The notes under the pieces: model-generated
The model's input: the letters and a program-made list of their open reading frames with translations, nothing else
What the model was told of the DNA's origin: nothing
The model's database searches: none
In this document: positions 34,643 through 42,450 of the stretch, piece by piece
Layout of the letters: each line of letters starts with the position of its first letter
How positions within the stretch are numbered: the first letter of the stretch is position 1
Made by a program: the position numbers and the translations under genes
Source: Gammaproteobacteria bacterium
GTDB lineage: Bacteria > Pseudomonadota > Gammaproteobacteria > Steroidobacterales > XN24
Reading direction: 5' to 3'
Assembly: GCA_024640085.1 (NCBI GenBank)
Contig: JAHEFR010000073.1
Coordinates: 347-64,346, forward strand
Length of the DNA stretch: 64,000 nt

Positions 34643-35125
34643 TCAGCGGGTCGTCGTCAGCTCGCCGGATTTCCGGAACGGCAGCGTCCCCCCCAGCCCC
34701 GATCCCAGGTGAATGCGTCCCGATAGCGTGTAGCTCAGGGTCTCGGTCTGACCGGCAGACATCACCTGGCGGGCGATGTCCAGCATCGAGGTGCTCGCCC
34801 GGACTGTCGTCTCGGCCTCGCCGAGCCGCGGCAGGAGCAGGTCAGCGGCACCACCGCCCCGAACCAGCCGGCTGCCGTTGACTTCCAGTTCGAAATCCAC
34901 GCCGTCGATCTTCAGGTCCCGATTATTGGGGTTAAAGATACGCAGTCCCACTTCGAACCGCTGTTCCATGACGGTTGCGCCGATGGAGCGGATGGAGGTC
35001 ACGACGACCTCGGGGGCCTCCAGGTTCCGCAGGCCGGTACAGCCGGGTCCCGACAGCATCGCCGCCAGACCTAATACGGCCGCCCAGGCTGCCGCCCTCC
35101 GTCTGGAGATCATCTTTTTATCCAT
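34643..35125 (-). CDS. LEA_2 / WHy-type lipoprotein
   Basis: Lipobox LSGPG-C. Sequence PEVVVTSIRSIGATVMEQRFEVGLRIFNPNNRDLKIDGVDFELEVNGSRLVRG matches the LEA14-like (PF03168) pattern. The ATG at 35125 was chosen. Confidence 0.7.
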   Translation of the reverse strand: MDKKMISRRRAAAWAAVLGLAAMLSGPGCTGLRNLEAPEVVVTSIRSIGATVMEQRFEVGLRIFNPNNRDLKIDGVDFELEVNGSRLVRGGGAADLLLPRLGEAETTVRASTSMLDIARQVMSAGQTETLSYTLSGRIHLGSGLGGTLPFRKSGELTTTR

Positions 35126-35306
35126 GGGCGACCTCCCGCCTGGGCGCGTCCCTTCGTCTGCCGCGGCCAATCGGGGCCGGGGCAACGGCAGGCCTGCAAA
35201 CGGGGCGGCAATGGGGAGTCAGACATAGCAAACCGATCGGGTGAAAATGAGACGCCTATTATAGTGGTGCATGGCCCCGACGGCCGGGGAAGGGAGGGAG
35301 ATTGAA

Positions 35307-35654
35307 ATGGCCACCATCTTCGAGAAGATCATCGCCGGAGAGATTCCGGCTGACATCGTTTACAGGGACGACCACATTGTCGCCTTCCGTGATGTCCGGC
35401 CGGCTGCACCGGTCCACATGCTGATCGTGCCTGTCAAACCGATCCCGACGGTCGACGATCTGGTTGATGAGGACCTGGGTCTACTGGGCCGCATGGTGAG
35501 CGTGGCCCGCGACCTGGCCCGCGCCGAGAGCATCAGCAAGGGCGGGTACCGGCTCGTCATGAACTGCCGTGGCCACGCCGGACAGGAGGTGTTCCATCTC
35601 CACCTGCACCTGATGGGAGGGCGGCCCCTGGGACCGATGGTCGGCGAGGGATAG
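35307..35654 (+). CDS. HIT family (HinT-like) protein
   Basis: MATIFEKIIAGEIPADIVYRDDHIVAFRD...HAGQEVFHLHLHLMGG is the histidine triad. A GGAGGGAG Shine-Dalgarno lies upstream of the ATG at 35307. Confidence 0.9.
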   Translation: MATIFEKIIAGEIPADIVYRDDHIVAFRDVRPAAPVHMLIVPVKPIPTVDDLVDEDLGLLGRMVSVARDLARAESISKGGYRLVMNCRGHAGQEVFHLHLHLMGGRPLGPMVGEG

Positions 35655-35756
35655 CCGGGACCGGGGTGCCCCGCGGGATGTGCCGGCCGTCGGTGCGGAT
35701 TCGAAGAGGGCCTCCGGATCGGTCCGGGAATGCGGGCGGAAGCCCTCCGACGACCG

Positions 35757-36221
35757 CTAGGCGTTCGCGTCCGCCCCGAAACAGGCGGCATGCTCTTCGC
35801 AGCGACGGGCGCGGCAGCGGCGGAAATTCAGGGCGTGGCCGACGGCGAGAAGTGCCCCTCCGATGCCGGTGAGCAGCTTCTCATGGAAGATCCCGAGGCT
35901 CCCGACGCCGAGGCCGGCGGCCAGTCCAAGCAGGCAGATTCCTCCCATCCCCAGCCAGAGCACGGACCCGTCGCCATGTTGCCGACAGCCCAGATAGAGG
36001 GCGAGGGCGCTGGAGGGGATGATCAGGACCAGCAGCAGGCCGTGGAAGCTCTCGTCGGCGAGCACGGTCGACCCGAGGATGGGGAAGAGGATGATCAGCA
36101 CCGGCAGCAGCAGGCAATGGATGACGCAAGCCGCCGACATGGCGATCGCCATGCCGTCCAGGGAGGATGTGAATCGTGCCGACGCCTGTCGCAAAGGGGC
36201 TCTCCGTCGCTTTTGCAACAT
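35757..36221 (-). CDS. MerC-family membrane protein (putative metal transporter)
   Basis: Four hydrophobic helices. MSAACVIHCLLLPVL resembles the CxxHC TM1 motif of proteins annotated as MerC domain-containing. Cys-rich C-terminal tail: RRCRARRCEEHAAC. Lies 36 nt downstream of zur. The start is uncertain (36221 or an internal ATG). Confidence 0.55.
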   Translation of the reverse strand: MLQKRRRAPLRQASARFTSSLDGMAIAMSAACVIHCLLLPVLIILFPILGSTVLADESFHGLLLVLIIPSSALALYLGCRQHGDGSVLWLGMGGICLLGLAAGLGVGSLGIFHEKLLTGIGGALLAVGHALNFRRCRARRCEEHAACFGADANA

Positions 36222-36228
36222 TATAACA
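36214..36228 (-). promoter_or_regulatory. Zur-box-like AT-rich element, including a perfect TATAAT, between zur and the MerC-like gene
   Basis: The minus strand reads TGTTATAATGTTGCA. It matches 12/15 positions of the gammaproteobacterial Zur-box core TGTTATAWTATAACA as I recall it; the right half-site is degenerate. It overlaps the ATG at 36221. Confidence 0.3.
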
Positions 36229-36256
36229 TAACGAAACGCCAGGGAAGCCAGCGAGA

Positions 36257-36751
36257 TCAGGGAAGGCTGCGGCGGCAGCGTGGGCAGATACCGCGCACCT
36301 CGACGGTCTGCGGCTGGAGCCGGAAGCCATGGCGGGCCGCGCCGCGGTCCAAGACGACCCGAATGGCCGGGTCGTCGATTTCCGTGACCGTTTCGCATTG
36401 ACTGCACACGAGTAACTGGGCGGTGTGCTCGCCGGCCGCAAGGGGACAGCCTACGAAGGCATTCAGAGAATCAATACGATGGACCAGGCTGGCGCCCATG
36501 AGGAAGTCCAGGGCGCGGTAGACGGTCGGGGGCGCCGCCCGGCGTCCGGCGCGGTTCAACTCGTCGAGGATGTCGTAGGCCTTGACCGGTTCGTGTCCCC
36601 GCCAGATGATTTCCAGTACCCGCCTACGAGTGGAGGTCAGCCGCAGCCCCCGTTTCCTGCAGTAGGTTTCCGCGTCCGCCAGGGCGTCGCTAACGCAGGT
36701 GGAGTGATCGTGGTCCTCGGGGGCCGTCCCCTTGTTGTGTCCGGAAATCAT
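36257..36751 (-). CDS. zur: Zinc uptake regulator (Fur family)
   Basis: RLTSTRRRVLEIIW...KAYDILDEL...APPTVYRALDFLMGASLVHRIDSLNAFVGC...VCSQCETV...GICPRC is close to the E. coli Zur core KPPTVYRALDFLLEQGFVHKVES. The ATG at 36751 was chosen; the longer ORF (to 37135) is antisense to the M23 gene. Confidence 0.85.
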   Translation of the reverse strand: MISGHNKGTAPEDHDHSTCVSDALADAETYCRKRGLRLTSTRRRVLEIIWRGHEPVKAYDILDELNRAGRRAAPPTVYRALDFLMGASLVHRIDSLNAFVGCPLAAGEHTAQLLVCSQCETVTEIDDPAIRVVLDRGAARHGFRLQPQTVEVRGICPRCRRSLP

Positions 36752-36781
36752 GGGGATCGTGAACTGTCGGGTCCTGGAGAA

Positions 36782-36801
36782 GTTGACGCTACTATAGCAA
36801 C
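36782..36801. promoter_or_regulatory. Weak partial palindrome in the zur/M23 divergent spacer (possible operator)
   Basis: GTTGACGCTACTATAGCAAC has GTTG/CAAC outer symmetry and a CTATAG core. Only a half-site resembles a Zur box. Confidence 0.15.
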
Positions 36802-36803
36802 TC

Positions 36804-37655
36804 ATGAACGCCGTGCGATTGCTCTCCCCTGTGTTTCTCGGGCTGGCGTTTGCCGCCATGGCCGCCGACGAGGTGCCGCTAAGTTTCAGCGGCGAATTTC
36901 TCCAGGGCGGCCTCATCACCGGCCATACGGATCCCGGTGCGTCGGTGCTTGTTGACGGGAGGCCAACGCGGGTGTCTGCCGATGGCCGGTTCCTTGTGGG
37001 AGTAGGCCGGGACGACATCGGGCCTGTCGAGGTCACTGTCGTCGCCGACGGCAGGCGAAGATCGGAGAGCCATCCTGTCCGGACGCGCGAATATCCCATC
37101 CAGCGTATCGACGGCTTGCCGGAGAAGAAGGTCACCCCGCCCCCTGATGTTCTGGAAAGGATCCGTCAAGAAGCGACCATGGCCAGGGACGCCCGCAGCC
37201 GGGACGATCCCAGAACGGACTTCCTCGGCGGATTCATCTGGCCGCTGGAAGGCCCCGTGACCGGTGTTTATGGCAGCCAGAGGATCCTCAATGGCGAGCC
37301 CCGCCGACCCCACTTCGGTGTCGACGTGGCTGCCCCGACGGGCACGCCGGTCGTCGCCCCGGCGGACGCCGTGGTGACCCTGGTCCATCCGGATATGTAT
37401 TACTCCGGTGGTACCCTGATCATGGATCACGGGCACGGTTTGAGCAGTACCTTTATCCACCTGAGTCGAATCCTGGTCCGGGAAGGGCAGCGGGTCCGTC
37501 AGGGCGAGGTTGTGGCCGAGGTCGGGGCCACCGGGCGAGCCACCGGGCCGCACCTGGACTGGCGCCTTAACCTGTTCGATATCCGTCTCGATCCGGAGCT
37601 CGTTGCGCCGCCGCGCCTGCAGCCTGTGGCGGACAGACAGGATGAGGCGACTTGA
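36804..37655 (+). CDS. M23 family zinc metallopeptidase (LytM-type endopeptidase), secreted
   Basis: Signal peptide MNAVRLLSPVFLGLAFAAMAA. HFGVDVAAPTGTPVVAP (HxxxD) and MDHGHGLSSTFIHLS (HxH) are the LytM catalytic motifs. Confidence 0.88.
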   Translation: MNAVRLLSPVFLGLAFAAMAADEVPLSFSGEFLQGGLITGHTDPGASVLVDGRPTRVSADGRFLVGVGRDDIGPVEVTVVADGRRRSESHPVRTREYPIQRIDGLPEKKVTPPPDVLERIRQEATMARDARSRDDPRTDFLGGFIWPLEGPVTGVYGSQRILNGEPRRPHFGVDVAAPTGTPVVAPADAVVTLVHPDMYYSGGTLIMDHGHGLSSTFIHLSRILVREGQRVRQGEVVAEVGATGRATGPHLDWRLNLFDIRLDPELVAPPRLQPVADRQDEAT

Positions 37656-37733
37656 GATCGCGGCTCGTGCTTGGCCCCTGCTCATGCGTGGTACACTCCC
37701 TTTTGAACATGTCAACGCGGCGCTCGACATTCA

Positions 37734-38765
37734 TTGATCCTCACCGCCGACAAGCTTGAGGCGGATCTCGCCCGCAATCTCGCCCCGATCTATCTGATTT
37801 CCGGAGATGAGCCATTGCTCACCGCCGAGGCGGTCGATCTCGTTCGTGCCAGCGCTCGCTCGAAAGGTTACACAGAGCGCCTGACGCTGTCGGTAGACAG
37901 GTATTTCGACTGGAGCGAACTCCGTGCGGCCGGGAGCACGATGTCTCTGTTCGCCGACAAACGCCTGATCGAGCTGACCATCGCCACTGCAAAGCCGGGG
38001 ACGGAAGGGGGACGGGCGCTCGCTGACTACGCCGCGTCGCCCCCGGACGACACCTTGCTGGTCGTGATCACCGCAAGACTCGACAAGAAGTCCCTGCAGC
38101 TCGCCTGGGTAAAAAGCCTTGCCGGGGCGGGACGGCTGGTGCAGGTCCATGCGCCCGACAGAGCCCGACTGCCGGGCTGGATTGCTACCCGCATGCGGGC
38201 CGTCGGTCTGGTTCCTGCCGACGGGGTAGCGGAACTTGTCGCCGATCGCGTCGAGGGCAACCTGCTCGCGGCCGACCAGGAGATCAGGAAACTGTCCCTC
38301 CTGCTCGATCGTGGCGCAGTGGAGGCGGAGGATGTGGCCAGGGCCGTCGCCGACAGCGCCAGATACGATATCTTTGATCTGTCGGATGCTGTCAGCGGGG
38401 GCGACCTGGGCCGGAGCCATCGCATATTGACGGGCCTGCAAGGTGAGGGTGTCGAACCGACGCTTGTGCTCTGGGCCCTGGTGCGGGAACTGCGCGCGCT
38501 GGCCGCCTGCTCCTGGTCGATCCAGCAGGGCCAGCGCGAGGACCAGGCATTCAGGTCTGCCGGGGTATGGCCGCGCCGGCAACCCGGCGCCCGCGCCGCC
38601 ATACGGCGCCATGGGCGGGAGGGCCTGCTGCGGCTGATTCGTCAAGCCGCCGGCGTGGACAGGGTGATCAAGGGCTCAGCGCCGGGCAAGCCGTGGCACT
38701 CACTGGGCGCATTAACGATTGCGGCGGCCGGCAGTGCGCGCAGCCAAAGGAGGGGGACCGTCTGA
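37734..38765 (+). CDS. holA: DNA polymerase III subunit delta
   Basis: APIYLISGDEPLLTAEAVDLVRASARSKGY...SLFADKRLIEL...EGNLLAADQEIRKLSLL matches HolA. TTG start. Confidence 0.88.
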   Translation: MILTADKLEADLARNLAPIYLISGDEPLLTAEAVDLVRASARSKGYTERLTLSVDRYFDWSELRAAGSTMSLFADKRLIELTIATAKPGTEGGRALADYAASPPDDTLLVVITARLDKKSLQLAWVKSLAGAGRLVQVHAPDRARLPGWIATRMRAVGLVPADGVAELVADRVEGNLLAADQEIRKLSLLLDRGAVEAEDVARAVADSARYDIFDLSDAVSGGDLGRSHRILTGLQGEGVEPTLVLWALVRELRALAACSWSIQQGQREDQAFRSAGVWPRRQPGARAAIRRHGREGLLRLIRQAAGVDRVIKGSAPGKPWHSLGALTIAAAGSARSQRRGTV

Positions 38766-39433
38766 TGTCCGGATTCGGACAACTCGATCCCATGGGGATT
38801 TTCGGAGGTACCTTCGATCCCATCCATTACGGCCACCTTCGGCCGGCTTTCGAACTGATGGAGGCGCTGCGGCTGCCAGAAGTCCGCTTCATGCCGGCGG
38901 GCACGCCGCCTCATCGGGACGTCCCGCTCGCCGACGCGGAGCTGCGTCTGAAGATGGTCGTGGCGGCCATCGAGGGACAGCCCGGGTTCGTCGTGGACGA
39001 CAGGGAACTGCACCGGCAGGGGCCGTCGTATTCCGTGGACACATTGCTGGATCTCAGAGCCGAGTACACACACCGTTCTCTCTGCCTGATTGTCGGGATG
39101 GACGCCTTCCTCGACCTCCCGAAGTGGTACCACTGGCGGGAGATCCTGCAGCTCGCCCATGTTGTGGTGGCGCACCGGCCAGGCTGGCGGGTCCCCGATC
39201 TGGGCCCGCTGAGCGAATTGCTCGTGGACCGGGGCACGGGCAGGGTAGGGGACCTGCACGAGTCCAGGGCCGGACGGATCTATATCCATGCTGTCACCCA
39301 GCTCGAGATCGCTTCCACGACCATCCGGGACGTCGTCGCCGCGGGCGGTGACCCGCGTTTCCTCATGCCCGACAGCGTGCGTAAGATCATCCGTGAATCG
39401 GGCTGCTACGCCCGCCCAACCGAGAGGACTTGA
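38765..39433 (+). CDS. nadD: Nicotinate-nucleotide adenylyltransferase
   Basis: GIFGGTFDPIHYGHLRPAFE is the (H/T)xGH motif. The ATG at 38765 overlaps the holA stop. Confidence 0.93.
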   Translation: MSGFGQLDPMGIFGGTFDPIHYGHLRPAFELMEALRLPEVRFMPAGTPPHRDVPLADAELRLKMVVAAIEGQPGFVVDDRELHRQGPSYSVDTLLDLRAEYTHRSLCLIVGMDAFLDLPKWYHWREILQLAHVVVAHRPGWRVPDLGPLSELLVDRGTGRVGDLHESRAGRIYIHAVTQLEIASTTIRDVVAAGGDPRFLMPDSVRKIIRESGCYARPTERT

Positions 39434-39783
39434 TGAGCAGAAACATCGCCCAGACCGTCGTCGCAGCCCTTGAGGACCTGAAAGCCAGGGATATCTGTGT
39501 GCTGGATGTGCGCGAGCAGACAAGCATCACAGATACGATGATCATCGCCAGCGGAACCTCCGACCGGCAGGTCAGGTCCATGGCGGAGAAGGTCATCGAG
39601 GAATGCAAGGCGAGCGGCGAGCGACCGATCGGAGTGGAGGGCATGGACGGCGGCGAGTGGGTACTGGTCGATCTCGCCGAAGTATTGGTACACGTCATGC
39701 TCCCCAAGGTCCGCGATTTCTACAATCTCGAGAAACTCTGGGGCAGGCCCGAGGGCAGCGGCGTCATGGCTCCGGCCCACTGA
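39433..39783 (+). CDS. rsfS: Ribosomal silencing factor RsfS
   Basis: ALEDLKARDICVLDVREQTSITDTMIIASGTSDRQVRSMAEKV...WVLVDLAEVLVHVM matches RsfS. Confidence 0.93.
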   Translation: MSRNIAQTVVAALEDLKARDICVLDVREQTSITDTMIIASGTSDRQVRSMAEKVIEECKASGERPIGVEGMDGGEWVLVDLAEVLVHVMLPKVRDFYNLEKLWGRPEGSGVMAPAH

Positions 39784-39813
39784 CTGAACCGCCGGTCCCC
39801 TATCTGAACCGCG

Positions 39814-40284
39814 GTGAAGCTCCGTCTGATCGCGGCTGGCACACGAATGCCGTCCTGGGTGGATTCCGGCTTCGAGGCCTACGCCGATCGGATGCCCAGG
39901 GAGTCGCGCCTCGAATTGATCGAGGTGCCGCTATCCCGTTTCAGGCGATCCGGCGACGTGGCGCGAGCCGTCCGTGACGAGGGCGAACGCATGCTGGGGT
40001 CGCTGGCCGATACCGATCAGGTGGTCGCGCTGGACGTCTGCGGACGGAAATTCGACAGCCCCGGTGTGGCTAGATTACTCGAAGGCTGGATGCAAGCCGG
40101 CGGCGACGTCGCGCTGCTGGTGGGTGGTCCTGACGGCCTCGCCGATGCCTGTATCGAGCGATCGCGATTGCGATGGTCGTTATCGCCGTTGACCCTGCCC
40201 CATGGGCTGGTCCGCATCCTGGTGGCCGAGCAGCTGTATCGTGCCTGGACCATACTGAAACGACATCCCTACCACAGGGAGTAA
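39814..40284 (+). CDS. rlmH: 23S rRNA (pseudouridine1915-N3)-methyltransferase
   Basis: MKLRLIAAGTRMPSWVDSGFEAYADRM...LLVGGPDGL...LSPLTLPHGLVRILVAEQLYRAWTI (SPOUT). GTG start. Confidence 0.93.
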   Translation: MKLRLIAAGTRMPSWVDSGFEAYADRMPRESRLELIEVPLSRFRRSGDVARAVRDEGERMLGSLADTDQVVALDVCGRKFDSPGVARLLEGWMQAGGDVALLVGGPDGLADACIERSRLRWSLSPLTLPHGLVRILVAEQLYRAWTILKRHPYHRE

Positions 40285-40358
40285 AATCGGCCGCAGGTGC
40301 CCTGCCCCCGGGGGCGTCTCGTTGGATCTTGCCCCGTGGCGGTTGAAAATAAAAATAT

Positions 40359-40970
40359 ATGAATCAAGAGCTTATAGTCTTAGCCTCCGGTTCGCCCAGG
40401 CGGCGGAAATTGCTGGATCAGATCGGCGTGGCCCACGCGATCTATCCGGTGCGTATCGACGAGGAGCGCCTCAATGCCGAGGGTCCCCGTGACTATGCCC
40501 GCAGGCTGGCCCTGGCGAAGGCAAGCGCGGCTTGGACGGAGCTGGATGGGGCCGGCGGGCGGCTGGTGCTCGGCGCCGACACCGCCGTCAGCGTGGACGA
40601 TTCAATTTTCGGCAAACCGCGCGATGCCGATGACGCCGTGTCCATGCTCGGTGACCTGGCCGGGAAAACTCACCAGGTCACAACCGCCGTCGCCGCGATT
40701 CAGGAGGGCGAGCGCGCCGTCCGGACTTCCGTCAGTCAGGTGACCTTCCGATCGATTCTCTCTGGGGAAATAGAGGCGTACGTGAAATCAGGCGAGCCCG
40801 TTGGCAAGGCGGGTGCCTACGCTATCCAGGGGTTGGCAGCGGTGTTTGTAGAGCGTCTGGAGGGCAGCTACTCGGGCGTCATGGGTCTGCCTCTGTGTGA
40901 GACTGCGGAGCTGCTGCGCGAATTCGGCCACGACGTACTGGCGGGCGATCCGGAGAGGAAGACGGCATGA
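40359..40970 (+). CDS. maf: Maf-like nucleoside triphosphate pyrophosphatase
   Basis: LIVLASGSPRRRKLLDQIG...VLGADTAV...GKAGAYAIQG matches Maf. Confidence 0.93.
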   Translation: MNQELIVLASGSPRRRKLLDQIGVAHAIYPVRIDEERLNAEGPRDYARRLALAKASAAWTELDGAGGRLVLGADTAVSVDDSIFGKPRDADDAVSMLGDLAGKTHQVTTAVAAIQEGERAVRTSVSQVTFRSILSGEIEAYVKSGEPVGKAGAYAIQGLAAVFVERLEGSYSGVMGLPLCETAELLREFGHDVLAGDPERKTA

Positions 40971-42445
40971 AAGAGGAGATCCTCGTCAGCGTCACCCCGC
41001 GAGAAGTGCGGGCGGCCCTGGTAGAAAACGGCGTGTTGCAGGAGGTCTTCATCGAGCGGGCTCGCCGGCGTGGACTGATCAGCAACATCTACAAGGGCCA
41101 GGTGTCACGCGTACTTCCGGGCATGCAGGCCGCTTTCATCGAACTGGGACTGGATCGGACCGGTTTCCTGCATGCCTCCGACATTATCCGCCGGCCGATG
41201 GGCGACGAGCAGCCTGAGGGCCTCGAGCAGTCGAGCAGACAGCCGGACATACAGGAGCTGATCCGAGAGGGCGACGAACTGCTGGTCCAGGTGTTGAAGG
41301 ACCCGCTCGGGACCAAGGGTCCCCGGCTGACCACCTTCGCTACGATCCCGTCCCGCTATCTGGTGTACATGCCTCGGGGCAAGGGTATAGGCGTTTCGGC
41401 CCGGATCGAGGACGAGGAAGAGAGGACGCGACTCAGGGGGATTATGGAATCAGTGATCGATGGAGCCGCCGGTGGCTACATCGTCCGCACAGCCGCGGAG
41501 GGGGCCAGCTGGGACGCGTTGCGGGCGGACATGATCTTCCTGCAAAAGCTGTGGGAGGCCATCGAGACACAGGCGTTGGAGGTTAAACCGGGTCAACTTG
41601 TACACGAGGATCTCTCCCTGACGCTGCGTGTCCTGCGCGACCTGCTCGGCCCGGAGATCGAGCTGGTGCGCGTGGACGATGCCGAGACCTGTGACCGCAT
41701 GCGCCGGTTTGCGGCCATGTTTGTCCCGGAACTGGCCAACAAGATCGACGAGTACGTCGCGCCCCGACCCATCTTCGAGCTGTATGGTATCGAGGACGAA
41801 ATCTCCAAGGCCCTGGATCGCAAGGTGCAGCTCAAGTCCGGGGGATACCTGGTCATCGATCAGACTGAGGCCATGACCACGATAGACGTCAACACCGGCG
41901 GATTCGTGGGCCATCGAAACCTGGAAGAAACCATCTTCAAGACGAACCTGGAGGCCGCCCAGTCCATCGCGCGCCAGATCCGGCTGCGGAATCTCGGCGG
42001 AATCATCATCGTGGATTTCATCGACATGGAGGAGCCGGAGCATCGCCGGCAGGTGCTGAAAGCGTTCGAGAAAGCGCTTGAGAATGACCATGCGCGCAAT
42101 CAGATCACCGAGGTCTCGTCCCTTGGCCTGGTGGAGATGACCCGCAAGCGCACTCGCGAAAGCCTGGAACATGTCCTGTGCCAACCCTGTCCAACCTGTA
42201 ACGGGCGCGGTTCGGTGAAGACCCCGGAGACGGTCTGCTACGAGATTTTCCGCGAGATCCTCAGGCAGTCCCGGCAGTTCGAGTTCCAGGAATTGCTGGT
42301 ACTGGCCCACCCGGAGGTGCTCGAGATGATCGTTGACGAGGAATCAGCCAGCCTGGCAGAACTTGAGGAGGTCACGGGCAAGCCCATCCGGCTGCAGGCG
42401 GAGGCGCTCTATGCGCAGGATCATTTCGATGTCGTTCCCATCTGA
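40967..42445 (+). CDS. rng: Ribonuclease G
   Basis: ATGA overlap with maf. NIYKGQVSRVLPGMQAAFIELG (S1 domain), plus IDVNTGGFVG and GGIIIVDFIDM. Confidence 0.95.
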   Translation: MKEEILVSVTPREVRAALVENGVLQEVFIERARRRGLISNIYKGQVSRVLPGMQAAFIELGLDRTGFLHASDIIRRPMGDEQPEGLEQSSRQPDIQELIREGDELLVQVLKDPLGTKGPRLTTFATIPSRYLVYMPRGKGIGVSARIEDEEERTRLRGIMESVIDGAAGGYIVRTAAEGASWDALRADMIFLQKLWEAIETQALEVKPGQLVHEDLSLTLRVLRDLLGPEIELVRVDDAETCDRMRRFAAMFVPELANKIDEYVAPRPIFELYGIEDEISKALDRKVQLKSGGYLVIDQTEAMTTIDVNTGGFVGHRNLEETIFKTNLEAAQSIARQIRLRNLGGIIIVDFIDMEEPEHRRQVLKAFEKALENDHARNQITEVSSLGLVEMTRKRTRESLEHVLCQPCPTCNGRGSVKTPETVCYEIFREILRQSRQFEFQELLVLAHPEVLEMIVDEESASLAELEEVTGKPIRLQAEALYAQDHFDVVPI

Positions 42446-42450
42446 CCGCC

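Noticed and set aside
35730-36401. 223-aa plus-strand ORF opposite the MerC-like gene
   Set aside because: The translation is Gln/Asp/Gly/Arg-rich and looks nonsensical. The minus-strand frame gives four clean TM helices and a Cys motif, and follows zur.
36752-37135. N-terminal 128-codon extension of the zur ORF (track ORF 36257-37135)
   Set aside because: The extension is antisense to the well-supported M23 peptidase gene and is Ser/Thr/Pro/Arg-rich. Fur-family proteins are ~140-170 aa, which fits the ATG at 36751.
40304-40315. GCCCCCGGGGGC palindrome after rlmH, considered as a terminator
   Set aside because: It has no loop and no downstream T-tract, so it is not a credible intrinsic terminator. 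It is kept only as a landmark of the rlmH-maf junction.
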